Shown piece after piece: positions 51,915 to 62,351 of a DNA stretch of 64,000 nt. The notes beneath the pieces were generated by a model, which saw only the letters and a program-made list of their open reading frames with translations, was not told the origin of the DNA and did no database searches. The DNA is from a bacterium (lineage in GTDB: Bacteria; Krumholzibacteriota; Krumholzibacteriia; G020349025), in the NCBI GenBank assembly GCA_031362565.1, contig JANLSU010000017.1:1-64000 (forward strand), in the 5' to 3' direction. Numbering within the stretch: the first letter of the stretch is position 1; each line of letters starts with the position of its first letter. A program made the translations under genes and the position numbers.

Positions 51915-53632
51915 TTGCCGGGACGTTCGCATACGTGCTTAGCTGTACGGTTCGCAATCGCGTCCGGGTGCGCTTGAAACGCCTCCGCCAGCCGCGCTAT
52001 TTGCTCGGCACACTCGTTGCCCTGGTGTATTTCTATTCGGTCTTCTTCCGGCGCCGGGCGTACACCGCCGGTGCCCCGAGTTCGCTCCTGGAACTCGCGG
52101 GCGAGTGGGCACCGGGGCTCGGAGGCTTGGTCCTATTCGTCGTGGTCGCCTTGGTCTGGCTCATTCCAGGATCCGAACGCGCCATCGCTTTTTCGCGTGC
52201 CGAGGTACAGTTCTTCTTCACGGCGCCCATCTCACGCCGCAATCTCGTGCACTACAAACTGCTCCGCAGCACGTTCGGCGGCCTCGTCAGCAGCGTCATC
52301 ATGACCGTGATGATCCGGCCGGGAAGCCTGGGGAGCGGTTTGCGGTTCGCGGCGAGCATCGGCCTGCTGATCAGCGTGCTGACCCTGCATTTCATGGGTG
52401 CGTCGTTGACTCGCGCGTCGTCGCGACGCTTGGGTGCGGCCGGACTCGTGCGGCGTTGGCTGCCGGCGGCGCTCATCGCCGGCGGCGCGTTGACCTTGAT
52501 CGCCGTTTTTCTGATGGCGTCGGGCACCTTGTCTTCGAGCCAGACGGCCCCCGACTTCTTTCGTGAACTGCGGCGCCTGACGACTACGGGTCTCGGCGGC
52601 GTAGTGCTGTGGCCATTCCGGACCCTCGTCGCACTGCCGTTTGCGGCAACGGGCGCGGCGTTCCTGCGTTGTTTGCCGGCAGTGCTCTTGCTGGTCGTTC
52701 TCAACTATGTCTGGGTCATGGCGACCGACACCGCGTTCGAGGAAGCTGTCGCCGCCCGTGCCGAGAAGAACGTCGGCCGCCGCGGTGCACCGCGCATGGT
52801 GAACGCCAAAGCGGCACCGGCGCCGTTTTCCCTGGCCGCGGAAGGCCGCGTCGAGACGGCGATCGTGTGGAAGAATTTGATCTTGCTCGGCCGCTATGCG
52901 TCGCTTCGCATGTTGGGGCGGCTGCTGGCGATCGCCTTCGCTCTGGCTCTCGTACTGGGCCGATCTGGGCACGGCGGCATCGCGGCTTCGGCGGCGCTGA
53001 TGTGCATGATGTTCTTTTTCATGACGGTCTTCGCGGGGCCACAAATGATGCGCAATGATTTGCGGCGCGATCTTGCCAACCTGGCGGTGCTGAAGACCTG
53101 GCCCATCCGCGGCGCGACACTTTTTCGCGGCGAGGTTCTCGCGCCTGCGGTCGTGCTCTCGGCGGTGGCGATCGTTCTCGCCCTCGGCGCTGTCGCACTG
53201 GGCGCTCAGCTCTCCTCTAGTGCCGCCGGACCGTTCAAAGCAGCGCTCGGCAATCCTTCATACCCGGCCGCGGCGCTGCTGCTCGCACCCGCCCTCATCC
53301 TGTGTCAACTGGTGGCTGTGAACGGCATGGCGGTGCTGTTTCCGGCGTGGGCGAATGTCGGTGCGTCACGGGCCCGCGGCTTCGATGTCATGGGACAGCG
53401 CATGCTCATGATGGCCGGCATCTGGTTGACGCTGCTCGTGGCGATTTTGCCGGCGGCCGTGGTCGCGGCGCTCGTCGTCTTGGCCGGGTACTGGATCACT
53501 CACCAGGTCGCGGTTCTGTTGCCGGCCATTGCTGCCGCCGCGACGATGGCGGTCGAGTGCTGGCTCGCCGCCGAGGCGCTCGGGCGCGTCTTGGACCGCA
53601 CCGACGTCGCCGCCATCGAGGCCGTGGAGTGA
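51911..53632 (+). CDS. Putative ABC exporter membrane subunit
   Basis: About 12 TMs, FSRAEVQFFFTAP and LKTWP. Coupled to the ATPase by an ATGA overlap. Confidence 0.8.
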   Translation: MIAGTFAYVLSCTVRNRVRVRLKRLRQPRYLLGTLVALVYFYSVFFRRRAYTAGAPSSLLELAGEWAPGLGGLVLFVVVALVWLIPGSERAIAFSRAEVQFFFTAPISRRNLVHYKLLRSTFGGLVSSVIMTVMIRPGSLGSGLRFAASIGLLISVLTLHFMGASLTRASSRRLGAAGLVRRWLPAALIAGGALTLIAVFLMASGTLSSSQTAPDFFRELRRLTTTGLGGVVLWPFRTLVALPFAATGAAFLRCLPAVLLLVVLNYVWVMATDTAFEEAVAARAEKNVGRRGAPRMVNAKAAPAPFSLAAEGRVETAIVWKNLILLGRYASLRMLGRLLAIAFALALVLGRSGHGGIAASAALMCMMFFFMTVFAGPQMMRNDLRRDLANLAVLKTWPIRGATLFRGEVLAPAVVLSAVAIVLALGAVALGAQLSSSAAGPFKAALGNPSYPAAALLLAPALILCQLVAVNGMAVLFPAWANVGASRARGFDVMGQRMLMMAGIWLTLLVAILPAAVVAALVVLAGYWITHQVAVLLPAIAAAATMAVECWLAAEALGRVLDRTDVAAIEAVE

Positions 53633-53654
53633 CCACCCGGGCGGCGATTCCCGC

Positions 53655-56555
53655 TCACCCGCCGGACGGCTTCGTCGATACCGTTTCCGGCAGCATCTCG
53701 ATGTGCACGTAGTTGTTCTGCCGCAGGTACTTGCGCGCCGCATCGCGAATCTGGCCGGCGGAAAGGCTCTTGATCAGTTTTTCACCGTTGACGATGGCGT
53801 GCAAGTCGAGCCCATTGGCGTCCCGGGACTCGATGCCCTGAGCCCAGTAGCCGTTTTGACGCAAGTTCACCTCGTAGCCACGCCGTTGAATCTCACGCAC
53901 CTGCGTCACCTCGTCCGTGTCGATTCCGTGGGTGCGAATCGAATCACAGACCGCAAGAACCTGTTTCGTGAGTTCGTCGATCCGCGCCGGGTCGCAGTCG
54001 AACTGGATCTGGAGCCGGTAGCGCGGCTTGGGATCGCGGGCGCTCGTGCCGCTCACCTGCACGCCATACGTGCCGCCCAGCTCTTCCCGCACCACCTTGC
54101 GCAGGCGAGTGCGGAGCGCTTCAGCCAGCGACTCCAGGGTATAGCGCTCCGATTCCTTCCACGCGAACGGCCCGGTGAACACGATCGCGGTGCGCGCCCG
54201 GTCATCGACGCCCTTGCGGAAGGTACGCTCGACGACACCCGTGGCCGGCGCGCGGCCGGTGTCGCGCCAGGTCTCTTTACGCGGCAATGCCTGCAGGCCG
54301 CCGATGTAGCGCAAGATCAACGGTCGGATCGTGTCCAGATCGATGCGGCCGACGAACGCGAACGTGAAGTCGCCGGCGTCCGCAAACCGGTCGCGAAAAA
54401 ACGCCAAGGCCGTGTCCAGCTTGATCGCGTCGAGACCGGCGGCGGTGAGCGGTGCGGTCCGCGGGTGATGCTGAAACAACACCGCCGTCAGCGTGTCGAA
54501 GAACGCAGTGGAGGGGTCGGCGGCGCGATTGGCAAGGATGCCGCGAAAGCGCGTCCGGGTGGCTTCGAACGCCGTCGGATCGGAACGCGTCGCGGTAAAG
54601 TAGCCGTACAGCATCTGGAACATCGTCTCCAGATCCTGGGGCCGCGCCTGGCCGTTGAAACCCTCGCTCAGCTCGTTGATTTGCGGATTCACTCCGGCCT
54701 GCTTGCCGGCCATGTACTTTTGCAAATCCGTCAGGTTGTACGGGCCCAGACCACAACCCGACACGGCCCAGTTGGCGTTGCTTGCCGAGAGCCATGTCGA
54801 GTCGGGAGCAAGCGAGTTTCCGCCCGGGCTCCAGGCCCGCATCAGAACCTCGTCATCCTTGAAATCGGTGGGCTTGAGATACACCCGCGCGCCGTTCGAC
54901 AGCGTCCAGAGCGTCAACCCCAAGTCCCGGAATTCCTTCGTGGACGCAATGCGGCCGGGCTCCGGCAACACGGCGATGAGTGGCGCATCGGTTGCGGTAT
55001 CCTGGTAAGGATCCAACTTCGCGGCGCCGACACGCGCCAGCGCCGCACGCAGGTCTGCCTCGGTGGGCATCGTAACGCCTGGCTTCGCGGGTCCCGAGAC
55101 GAGCAAGGTGCGGTTGCGATCGTTGTTCCACGAACGGGCCACGCCGTCGATTTCCGCCAGTTGGACGTCGGGCAGCAAATTCTTCACGGCGGCGTAGTAG
55201 TACGACATGCTGGGGTACGGTTCGTTCGCGAGAAAGTTTGCCAGGCGCTGTTGCGCGAAAGCCGCGGAGTTGGTTTTGTCGCGCTCGCGGTACTGTCTCT
55301 CGATACGTGATTGGACGCGTTTACGGGCCCGTTCCAGTTCCGTGGCGTTGAATCCAAACCGCGCTGCCCGTTCGGCCTCGGTCAGCACGGCTTCCATGCC
55401 GCTCGTGATGGCTTCGTCGCGCACGGTCGCGCTCAGGTTGAATGCTTCGAGCGGCCGGACGATGCTGCCGCGGCCTGAGAAGGCGTTCACATAGGGCGGG
55501 TCCGGGCGGCGCGTCAGCTCGTCGAGCCGGGCGTTCAGCATGCCGGAGTAGAGCGATTCCACCAAGGATCGGCGCAGAGCCGCCACGAGCGACGGGTCGC
55601 GCCGGGCAAATTTGCTGACGAGGGTGACGTTGCTCTCCGTTTCCTCACGGTCGTCGACAATAGATACCAACGTCCCTTCGTGTTCGGGCACGTCATAGCG
55701 CGGGCGCGGGCGCGGGCGCGGGCGTTCCTTGGCTGCGCCCGGGATAGCACCGAACAGGCTGCGGATCAATTTTTCGACATGCGCGGCATCGAAGTCCCCG
55801 ACCGCAATGACCGCCATGAGATCCGGCCGGTACCACTCCCGATAGAAACGCTTCAGCGCTTCATGATCGCAGGTTTCCAGGACGTTCTTCTTGCCGATCG
55901 GCAGGCGCGCCGCATAGCGCGAGCCGTTCAGCAGCACCGGAAATTCCTTGTCGTTGATCCGTTGCTCGGCGCCGCGCCCCGAGCGCCACTCCTCGACGAC
56001 GACGCCGCGCTCGCGATCGATCTCTTTGTCATCGAAGGTCACCGCGTGGGCCCAGTTCTCCAGGACTCGAAACGCCTTGTCGAATGTCGAGTCCTCATCG
56101 GTCGGCACGGTCAGCCGGTACACGGTCTCGTCGAAACTCGTCGAGGCGTTGATGTCGGCCCCGAACCGCATGCCGATGCGCTGCATGTAATCGACAAGTT
56201 CTTGCGCCTTGAAGTCACGCGTGCCGTTGAACGCCATGTGTTCGACAAAGTGGGCCAGGCCCTGTTGGTCGTCGTCTTCGAGCACCGAACCAGCTTGAAT
56301 CGCCAAGCGCAACTCAGCGCGTTTCTGCGGTTCGTGATTGACGCGAATGTAGTACCGCAAGCCGTTGGGCAACGTCCCCACCGTGGTGGCCGAATCACTG
56401 GGCACGGGTTGATCCAGTGCGAATTGGGCGCTGGCCGCTACCGGCACGGCGACAACGGCGAGCCCGGCGAGCACGAGACGGCGCAACACCTGTGGCAACA
56501 CGGCGGACCTCCAGACAGAGCACACGGCATCAGCAGACCACGCGGCAGTCGACAT
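53655..56555 (-). CDS. M16-family zinc peptidase (PqqL-like)
   Basis: LPNGLRYY, the inverted zinc motif HFVEHMAF, NASTSFDET, LSNGARVY and LREE-type VREELGGTY. The true start may be further downstream. Confidence 0.92.
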   Translation of the reverse strand: MSTAAWSADAVCSVWRSAVLPQVLRRLVLAGLAVVAVPVAASAQFALDQPVPSDSATTVGTLPNGLRYYIRVNHEPQKRAELRLAIQAGSVLEDDDQQGLAHFVEHMAFNGTRDFKAQELVDYMQRIGMRFGADINASTSFDETVYRLTVPTDEDSTFDKAFRVLENWAHAVTFDDKEIDRERGVVVEEWRSGRGAEQRINDKEFPVLLNGSRYAARLPIGKKNVLETCDHEALKRFYREWYRPDLMAVIAVGDFDAAHVEKLIRSLFGAIPGAAKERPRPRPRPRYDVPEHEGTLVSIVDDREETESNVTLVSKFARRDPSLVAALRRSLVESLYSGMLNARLDELTRRPDPPYVNAFSGRGSIVRPLEAFNLSATVRDEAITSGMEAVLTEAERAARFGFNATELERARKRVQSRIERQYRERDKTNSAAFAQQRLANFLANEPYPSMSYYYAAVKNLLPDVQLAEIDGVARSWNNDRNRTLLVSGPAKPGVTMPTEADLRAALARVGAAKLDPYQDTATDAPLIAVLPEPGRIASTKEFRDLGLTLWTLSNGARVYLKPTDFKDDEVLMRAWSPGGNSLAPDSTWLSASNANWAVSGCGLGPYNLTDLQKYMAGKQAGVNPQINELSEGFNGQARPQDLETMFQMLYGYFTATRSDPTAFEATRTRFRGILANRAADPSTAFFDTLTAVLFQHHPRTAPLTAAGLDAIKLDTALAFFRDRFADAGDFTFAFVGRIDLDTIRPLILRYIGGLQALPRKETWRDTGRAPATGVVERTFRKGVDDRARTAIVFTGPFAWKESERYTLESLAEALRTRLRKVVREELGGTYGVQVSGTSARDPKPRYRLQIQFDCDPARIDELTKQVLAVCDSIRTHGIDTDEVTQVREIQRRGYEVNLRQNGYWAQGIESRDANGLDLHAIVNGEKLIKSLSAGQIRDAARKYLRQNNYVHIEMLPETVSTKPSGG
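55698..55724. repeat. Hexanucleotide tandem repeat (GCGCGG)x4.5 encoding an RP run
   Basis: Read directly; it encodes RPRPRPRPR in the M16 peptidase. Confidence 0.85.
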
Positions 56556-56591
56556 GTTACGCTAACGACGACCAGTGCGCACGGAGGGACC

Positions 56592-57167
56592 ATGACCAAG
56601 GGCCGAATGGAAGCTTTCAGCGACGGCGTGATTGCCATCATCATTACGATCATGGTGCTCGAACTGAAGGTACCTCACGAACCGACCGCAGCCGCACTCG
56701 TCCCGCTCATCCCGGTGTTCTCGAGTTACTTGCTGAGTTTCGTGTTCCTCGGCATCTATTGGAGCAACCACCACCATTTGTTGCAAGCGACCCAGCATGC
56801 CGATGGCAAGGTCCTGTGGGCCAACTTGCATCTTTTGTTCTGGTTGTCGCTGATCCCCTTTGTCACCGCCTGGATGGGCGAGAATCATTTTGCCCCGGTA
56901 CCGGTGGCATTCTACGGCGTCGTGCTGTTGCTCGCAGCGATCGCCTATACCATTCTCACTCGTGCCCTCATCGTGCTGCACGGCACGGATTCGGTTCTGG
57001 CGACCGCCATGGGCCGGGACGTCAAGGGCAAGGTGTCGATGGCCATTTATCTCGCAGCCATTCCACTGGCCTTCGTGCAAACCTGGCTCGCCGCCGCGCT
57101 GTACATCTCGGTCGCTGTCATGTGGCTCGTCCCCGACCGGCGCATCGAGAAACACCTGCTCCGCTGA
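56592..57167 (+). CDS. TMEM175-family potassium channel
   Basis: RMEAFSDGVIAIIITIMVLE and YW.NHHH. Confidence 0.9.
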   Translation: MTKGRMEAFSDGVIAIIITIMVLELKVPHEPTAAALVPLIPVFSSYLLSFVFLGIYWSNHHHLLQATQHADGKVLWANLHLLFWLSLIPFVTAWMGENHFAPVPVAFYGVVLLLAAIAYTILTRALIVLHGTDSVLATAMGRDVKGKVSMAIYLAAIPLAFVQTWLAAALYISVAVMWLVPDRRIEKHLLR

Positions 57168-57182
57168 ATCTGCCGGGATGCC

Positions 57183-57734
57183 TCACGGAGCTGCTGGTGT
57201 GTCGTTGCGGAAAAGCAGCGACACGCCGACGAGAACCTGATGCTCGGAGAATGCCGCGACGGGATCGTGCAGCAGACGCCGATAGCGGTACTCGGTGCGG
57301 ATGCCGCCGCGGCGGCTGAACAGGGCGCGGCAGCCGAAATTCAGTCCCACCGGGAAGCGCGCTTGGCGAAAGCTACCGAGCCACTCCTCGCGCCAGCCGC
57401 CGGCGAGCGCCACAAAGAACGCGTCGGCGCTCGACCCCGTGGCGAGCTGCCAAGAGACTGCGCCACCCCATTCCAGGCCATCCAACTCGCCGACGTGAGA
57501 CCACGCGGGTTCGATCTCGAAGCCCAGGCGTCCCGGACCCGCAGCGATAAAGGTCCCGGCGCGGGCAGCGAGCGACGCGCGCGTCGAACCCTCGACTGCA
57601 ACGAGGGCGCCACCGGCACCGATCTCGATGGCACCGGGGGCGATTGTCTGCGCGCCAAGCGTCGCGGCCGGGCACGACCCGCCGGCAGCAAGAATCGCGG
57701 CTGCAATGACGGCGATTACGCCAATGGTTTTCAT
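57183..57734 (-). CDS. Putative small outer-membrane beta-barrel protein
   Basis: Signal peptide, alternating amphipathic strands and a late VGVSLLF strand. ATGA-coupled to the GH113 gene. Confidence 0.55.
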   Translation of the reverse strand: MKTIGVIAVIAAAILAAGGSCPAATLGAQTIAPGAIEIGAGGALVAVEGSTRASLAARAGTFIAAGPGRLGFEIEPAWSHVGELDGLEWGGAVSWQLATGSSADAFFVALAGGWREEWLGSFRQARFPVGLNFGCRALFSRRGGIRTEYRYRRLLHDPVAAFSEHQVLVGVSLLFRNDTPAAP

Positions 57735-58765
57735 GGACGCCATGCGCTTCGCAACTCCCGTTCGGCGGGTTTCCCGCGCGGCGTGTAGCCCGCGTCCAGT
57801 GGACCACCGCCACCATCCGCACTCCAATCCCACCAACAAAGACCTTCAATCCAGTCGCGGCTCGCAACAGCCTCGAGTGCGGCGCCATACGCGTCGGCCT
57901 GTTCCTGCAAATCGATACGCGCCACGCGCGTGAAATCCCACGGCCGCAGTACGGCACCATCGACACTTCGATAGCCGATCTCGGTCAACAAGATGCGGCG
58001 GCCCGTCTGTTGGTTCAAGAGCGCCAAACGCTCGAGCCACGGTTGCCAGCCGGCACGAAGTTCGAAGCGGGATGGATCGGCGCGCCCAGCGACCGGGTAG
58101 TAAAAATCCACGCCCACGAGATCGAGCGCGTCCCAGAACGGCACCCGCCCGGCCTCGTCCCAGGAAGCCGCGTAGAGAAGCATGCCATGGAATGCGGCGC
58201 GAACCCGCCGGATCGTGTCGCGCCACTCGCCCTCGTGGCCAATCGTACTCGCGAGTTCGGTGCCGACGATGAACCCTTCGCAGCCGGCCGAATCGGCGAG
58301 TGCCGCCCATGACCCGACAAAGTCCTGATACGATGTGAACCAGGCAGCGGGGTCGGCCGGTGTGAAGAGACCGCGCCACGTGGCATCGTCGGCGTCGACG
58401 TGTGGTTTCAAGACGACTCGCAGTCCAAGCGTGCGGGCGGTTTGAATGGCGGCCCGCACACTGCCCTTTTGTGGGGTATGCGCCGGATCTTCGTGCACCG
58501 CACTCGACGCACCCGCGCCCTGGTAGGCCGTCACGACGAGGATCACCGTGTTCGCACCGGTCGCGGCAATTCCAGCGAGCGCATTCGCAGCGGCCGTGGT
58601 TTCATAGCCCGCAGGCGTGAAACTCGTGAGCGTGATGCCGCGCACGGCGTATGATGCAGGCACCGTCGGCTGCAGGGGCAAGCGGTCGCACGCCACCGCG
58701 ACGAGGCCGGCGGCAGCGAGCGCGGCGCGCGCGGTGTGCGACTCGCGTCGGTGGGCTCGAAACAT
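57731..58765 (-). CDS. Glycoside hydrolase family 113-like lipoprotein
   Basis: Lipobox VAC, LKPHV, WF.SY, VGTEL, YAASWD, GVDFYYP, TEIGYRS and GKPAE. Confidence 0.8.
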   Translation of the reverse strand: MFRAHRRESHTARAALAAAGLVAVACDRLPLQPTVPASYAVRGITLTSFTPAGYETTAAANALAGIAATGANTVILVVTAYQGAGASSAVHEDPAHTPQKGSVRAAIQTARTLGLRVVLKPHVDADDATWRGLFTPADPAAWFTSYQDFVGSWAALADSAGCEGFIVGTELASTIGHEGEWRDTIRRVRAAFHGMLLYAASWDEAGRVPFWDALDLVGVDFYYPVAGRADPSRFELRAGWQPWLERLALLNQQTGRRILLTEIGYRSVDGAVLRPWDFTRVARIDLQEQADAYGAALEAVASRDWIEGLCWWDWSADGGGGPLDAGYTPRGKPAERELRSAWRP

Positions 58766-58821
58766 GGGTTGGTTCTAGCAGTCCGACTAGAACGGTGCAA
58801 GTTGGATCGGAGCGTGGCTGC

Positions 58822-59469
58822 TTGGCAATCGTCTCGGTCAACGTCGGCATCCCACGCGAGATCGTGGTGGGTGACACCGTCGTCACGACCGGCATTTTCA
58901 AGACCCCGGTCGCCGGGCGCGTGCCGTTGCGGACCCTGAACCTGGACGGCGACCGGCAGGCGGACCTGACCGTGCACGGCGGGCCCGACAAGGCGGTCTA
59001 TGTGTACTCCGCCGACCACTACCCTGCCTGGTGTGACGAACTCGGGGGCGAACTCCCGTGGGGCGCCTTCGGCGAGAACCTCGATGTCGACGGATGTCTC
59101 GAAAACGAGATCTGCCTCGGTGACACGATTCGCGCCGGCACAGCGCTCGTGCAAGTGACCGAACCTCGCCTGCCGTGCTACAAGCTCGGGATCAAATTCG
59201 ATGATCCCGGCATGATCAAGACCTTCCTCGAGCGCGGCCGCACGGGTTTTTACGTCCGGGTTCTCGAGGCTGGTGAAGTCGGCGCCGGTGACACGTTTGC
59301 CGTCACGGACCCCGATCCGGCGCGCGTCCCCGTCTCCGAGATCCTCCGCCTTTACACTCGCGACCGCGGCGATCTGGCCGCGATCCGCCGCGTGCTTGGA
59401 GTCACGGCGCTCGGTGCAGGCTGGCGGCAGCACTTCGAAAAACGCCTTGCAGGCGCCGCCGGCGCCTGA
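58822..59469 (+). CDS. MOSC domain protein (YiiM-like)
   Basis: TGIFK, GDRQAD..HGGPDKAV, FGEN, PRLPCYKL and GFYVRV. The start (TTG 58822) is uncertain. Confidence 0.88.
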   Translation: MAIVSVNVGIPREIVVGDTVVTTGIFKTPVAGRVPLRTLNLDGDRQADLTVHGGPDKAVYVYSADHYPAWCDELGGELPWGAFGENLDVDGCLENEICLGDTIRAGTALVQVTEPRLPCYKLGIKFDDPGMIKTFLERGRTGFYVRVLEAGEVGAGDTFAVTDPDPARVPVSEILRLYTRDRGDLAAIRRVLGVTALGAGWRQHFEKRLAGAAGA

Positions 59470-59577
59470 CGCCTTGGGTGCGCATCATGGAGATGCTCGC
59501 GGTGGTGCGCTACTGTCGCCGGTGAACTGCTGGAGCAATGGGATGCACAAGACTCCGCGGCGGCATGGGATACCGGT

Positions 59578-60471
59578 ATGAACGAGCACCCGCTGGTTTC
59601 CGCGATCATCCCGACCCATAACCGCAAGCAGAAAGTCGTTGGCGCGATCGACAGTGCGCTGGCACAGACCTACGACCGGCTCGAAATCCTTGTTGTCGAC
59701 GATGCTTCGACCGACGGCACGTCGCAGTCTCTACAAGCACAATATGGTGACACCATCCGCCTCGTCACGCTGCCGGACAACGTCGGAGGGGCCGAGGCGA
59801 GGAATGTCGGCGTGGCTCATGCGCACGGCGAGTTCATTGCCTTCCTGGACAGCGACGACCGGTGGAATCGCAACAAGATCGCCGCCCAGGTCGCGGTGCT
59901 ACGCCAGCAAGAATACGGCGTGGTCTACACCGGCATGTATCGACTGCGCGGGGAGAAACTTGTCGACGTGAATACACCCATGTTCGCCGGCAGACTCTCC
60001 GACGCGCTACTGATACAAAACGTCGTGTCTTCAACATCTTCCGTTCTTCTTCGGAAGGACCTGTTTACCAGTGTCGGCGGGTTCAACAGTTCGCTTAAAT
60101 CCTGCCAGGACTGGGATCTCTGGATCAGACTCTCTCGGGTGACTCAGTTTGGCTTCGTGAAGGAAATGATGGTCAACTACTACGTTGACGGCAACGACAG
60201 AATCTCCCGCAACCCTCGTTCGCGCGTCCAGGGCTTGATGTACATCTACAGAACGTATTTGAGCAAATCGGGGAATACTGCCGGAGTTTCCAATATATTC
60301 TTCAACCTCGGAAAAGCATTTTACATGTGGAATCGATTTCGGTACGCGCGATTTTTCTTCATGAGGAGTGTTAGGTTCAATCGGAAGAAATACAAGGCGG
60401 TCGCCTACATTCTCCTTTGCATGCTCCGGTCTAGAACGAGGCGAGGCTTCTCTTCTCAAAAGGCTTCATGA
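59578..60471 (+). CDS. Glycosyltransferase family 2
   Basis: SAIIPTHN, VDDASTD, ARN.G, FLDSDD and QDWDLW. Confidence 0.9.
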   Translation: MNEHPLVSAIIPTHNRKQKVVGAIDSALAQTYDRLEILVVDDASTDGTSQSLQAQYGDTIRLVTLPDNVGGAEARNVGVAHAHGEFIAFLDSDDRWNRNKIAAQVAVLRQQEYGVVYTGMYRLRGEKLVDVNTPMFAGRLSDALLIQNVVSSTSSVLLRKDLFTSVGGFNSSLKSCQDWDLWIRLSRVTQFGFVKEMMVNYYVDGNDRISRNPRSRVQGLMYIYRTYLSKSGNTAGVSNIFFNLGKAFYMWNRFRYARFFFMRSVRFNRKKYKAVAYILLCMLRSRTRRGFSSQKAS

Positions 60472-60947
60472 CAACCTTTCTCGCCGGCAGTCCTTCTGGT
60501 GCGCTTGCACTGCTTTTCCGAACTGCAACCACCAAGCCGATTTCCGCACAGTCGCGGTAACAAGCCGCTGGAATGCCCGTTGCTGATGTCAATTGACACT
60601 CAGCCGACGCCTCGAGCGGCGCGAGGCGGCTTGGTCGTGCCGGGAAGTGTATCAGGCGAGGCCGGTGAGTCACGTCCGAATCGTCCCCACCGTGCAGGCC
60701 GCGGCCGACCATCGATGGACCCGCCGCGTTCTAACCTGGAAAACTGAACTTGCTGAAATGTGTGGGGGGCAGCCTCCGCCGGACGCTAGGATTCGGTGGC
60801 TCCGGTGGGCGCATTGACTTCCGGGGGCGGCTGCGGTCGAATGCCAGGCGGCGCGTGCCAAAGCCAAGAACCAGCGCCGTTCCCACCCCTCTGGCGGGAG
60901 CGCGCCTCGTGTGGGCCGGCGGAACCGGCCTTGCGGCAACGATCTGA

Positions 60948-62312
<1,365 letters not shown>

Positions 62313-62351
62313 CCGGTCGCGTTCCGGCAACGCAGCACCGTGGAGGCGTGG

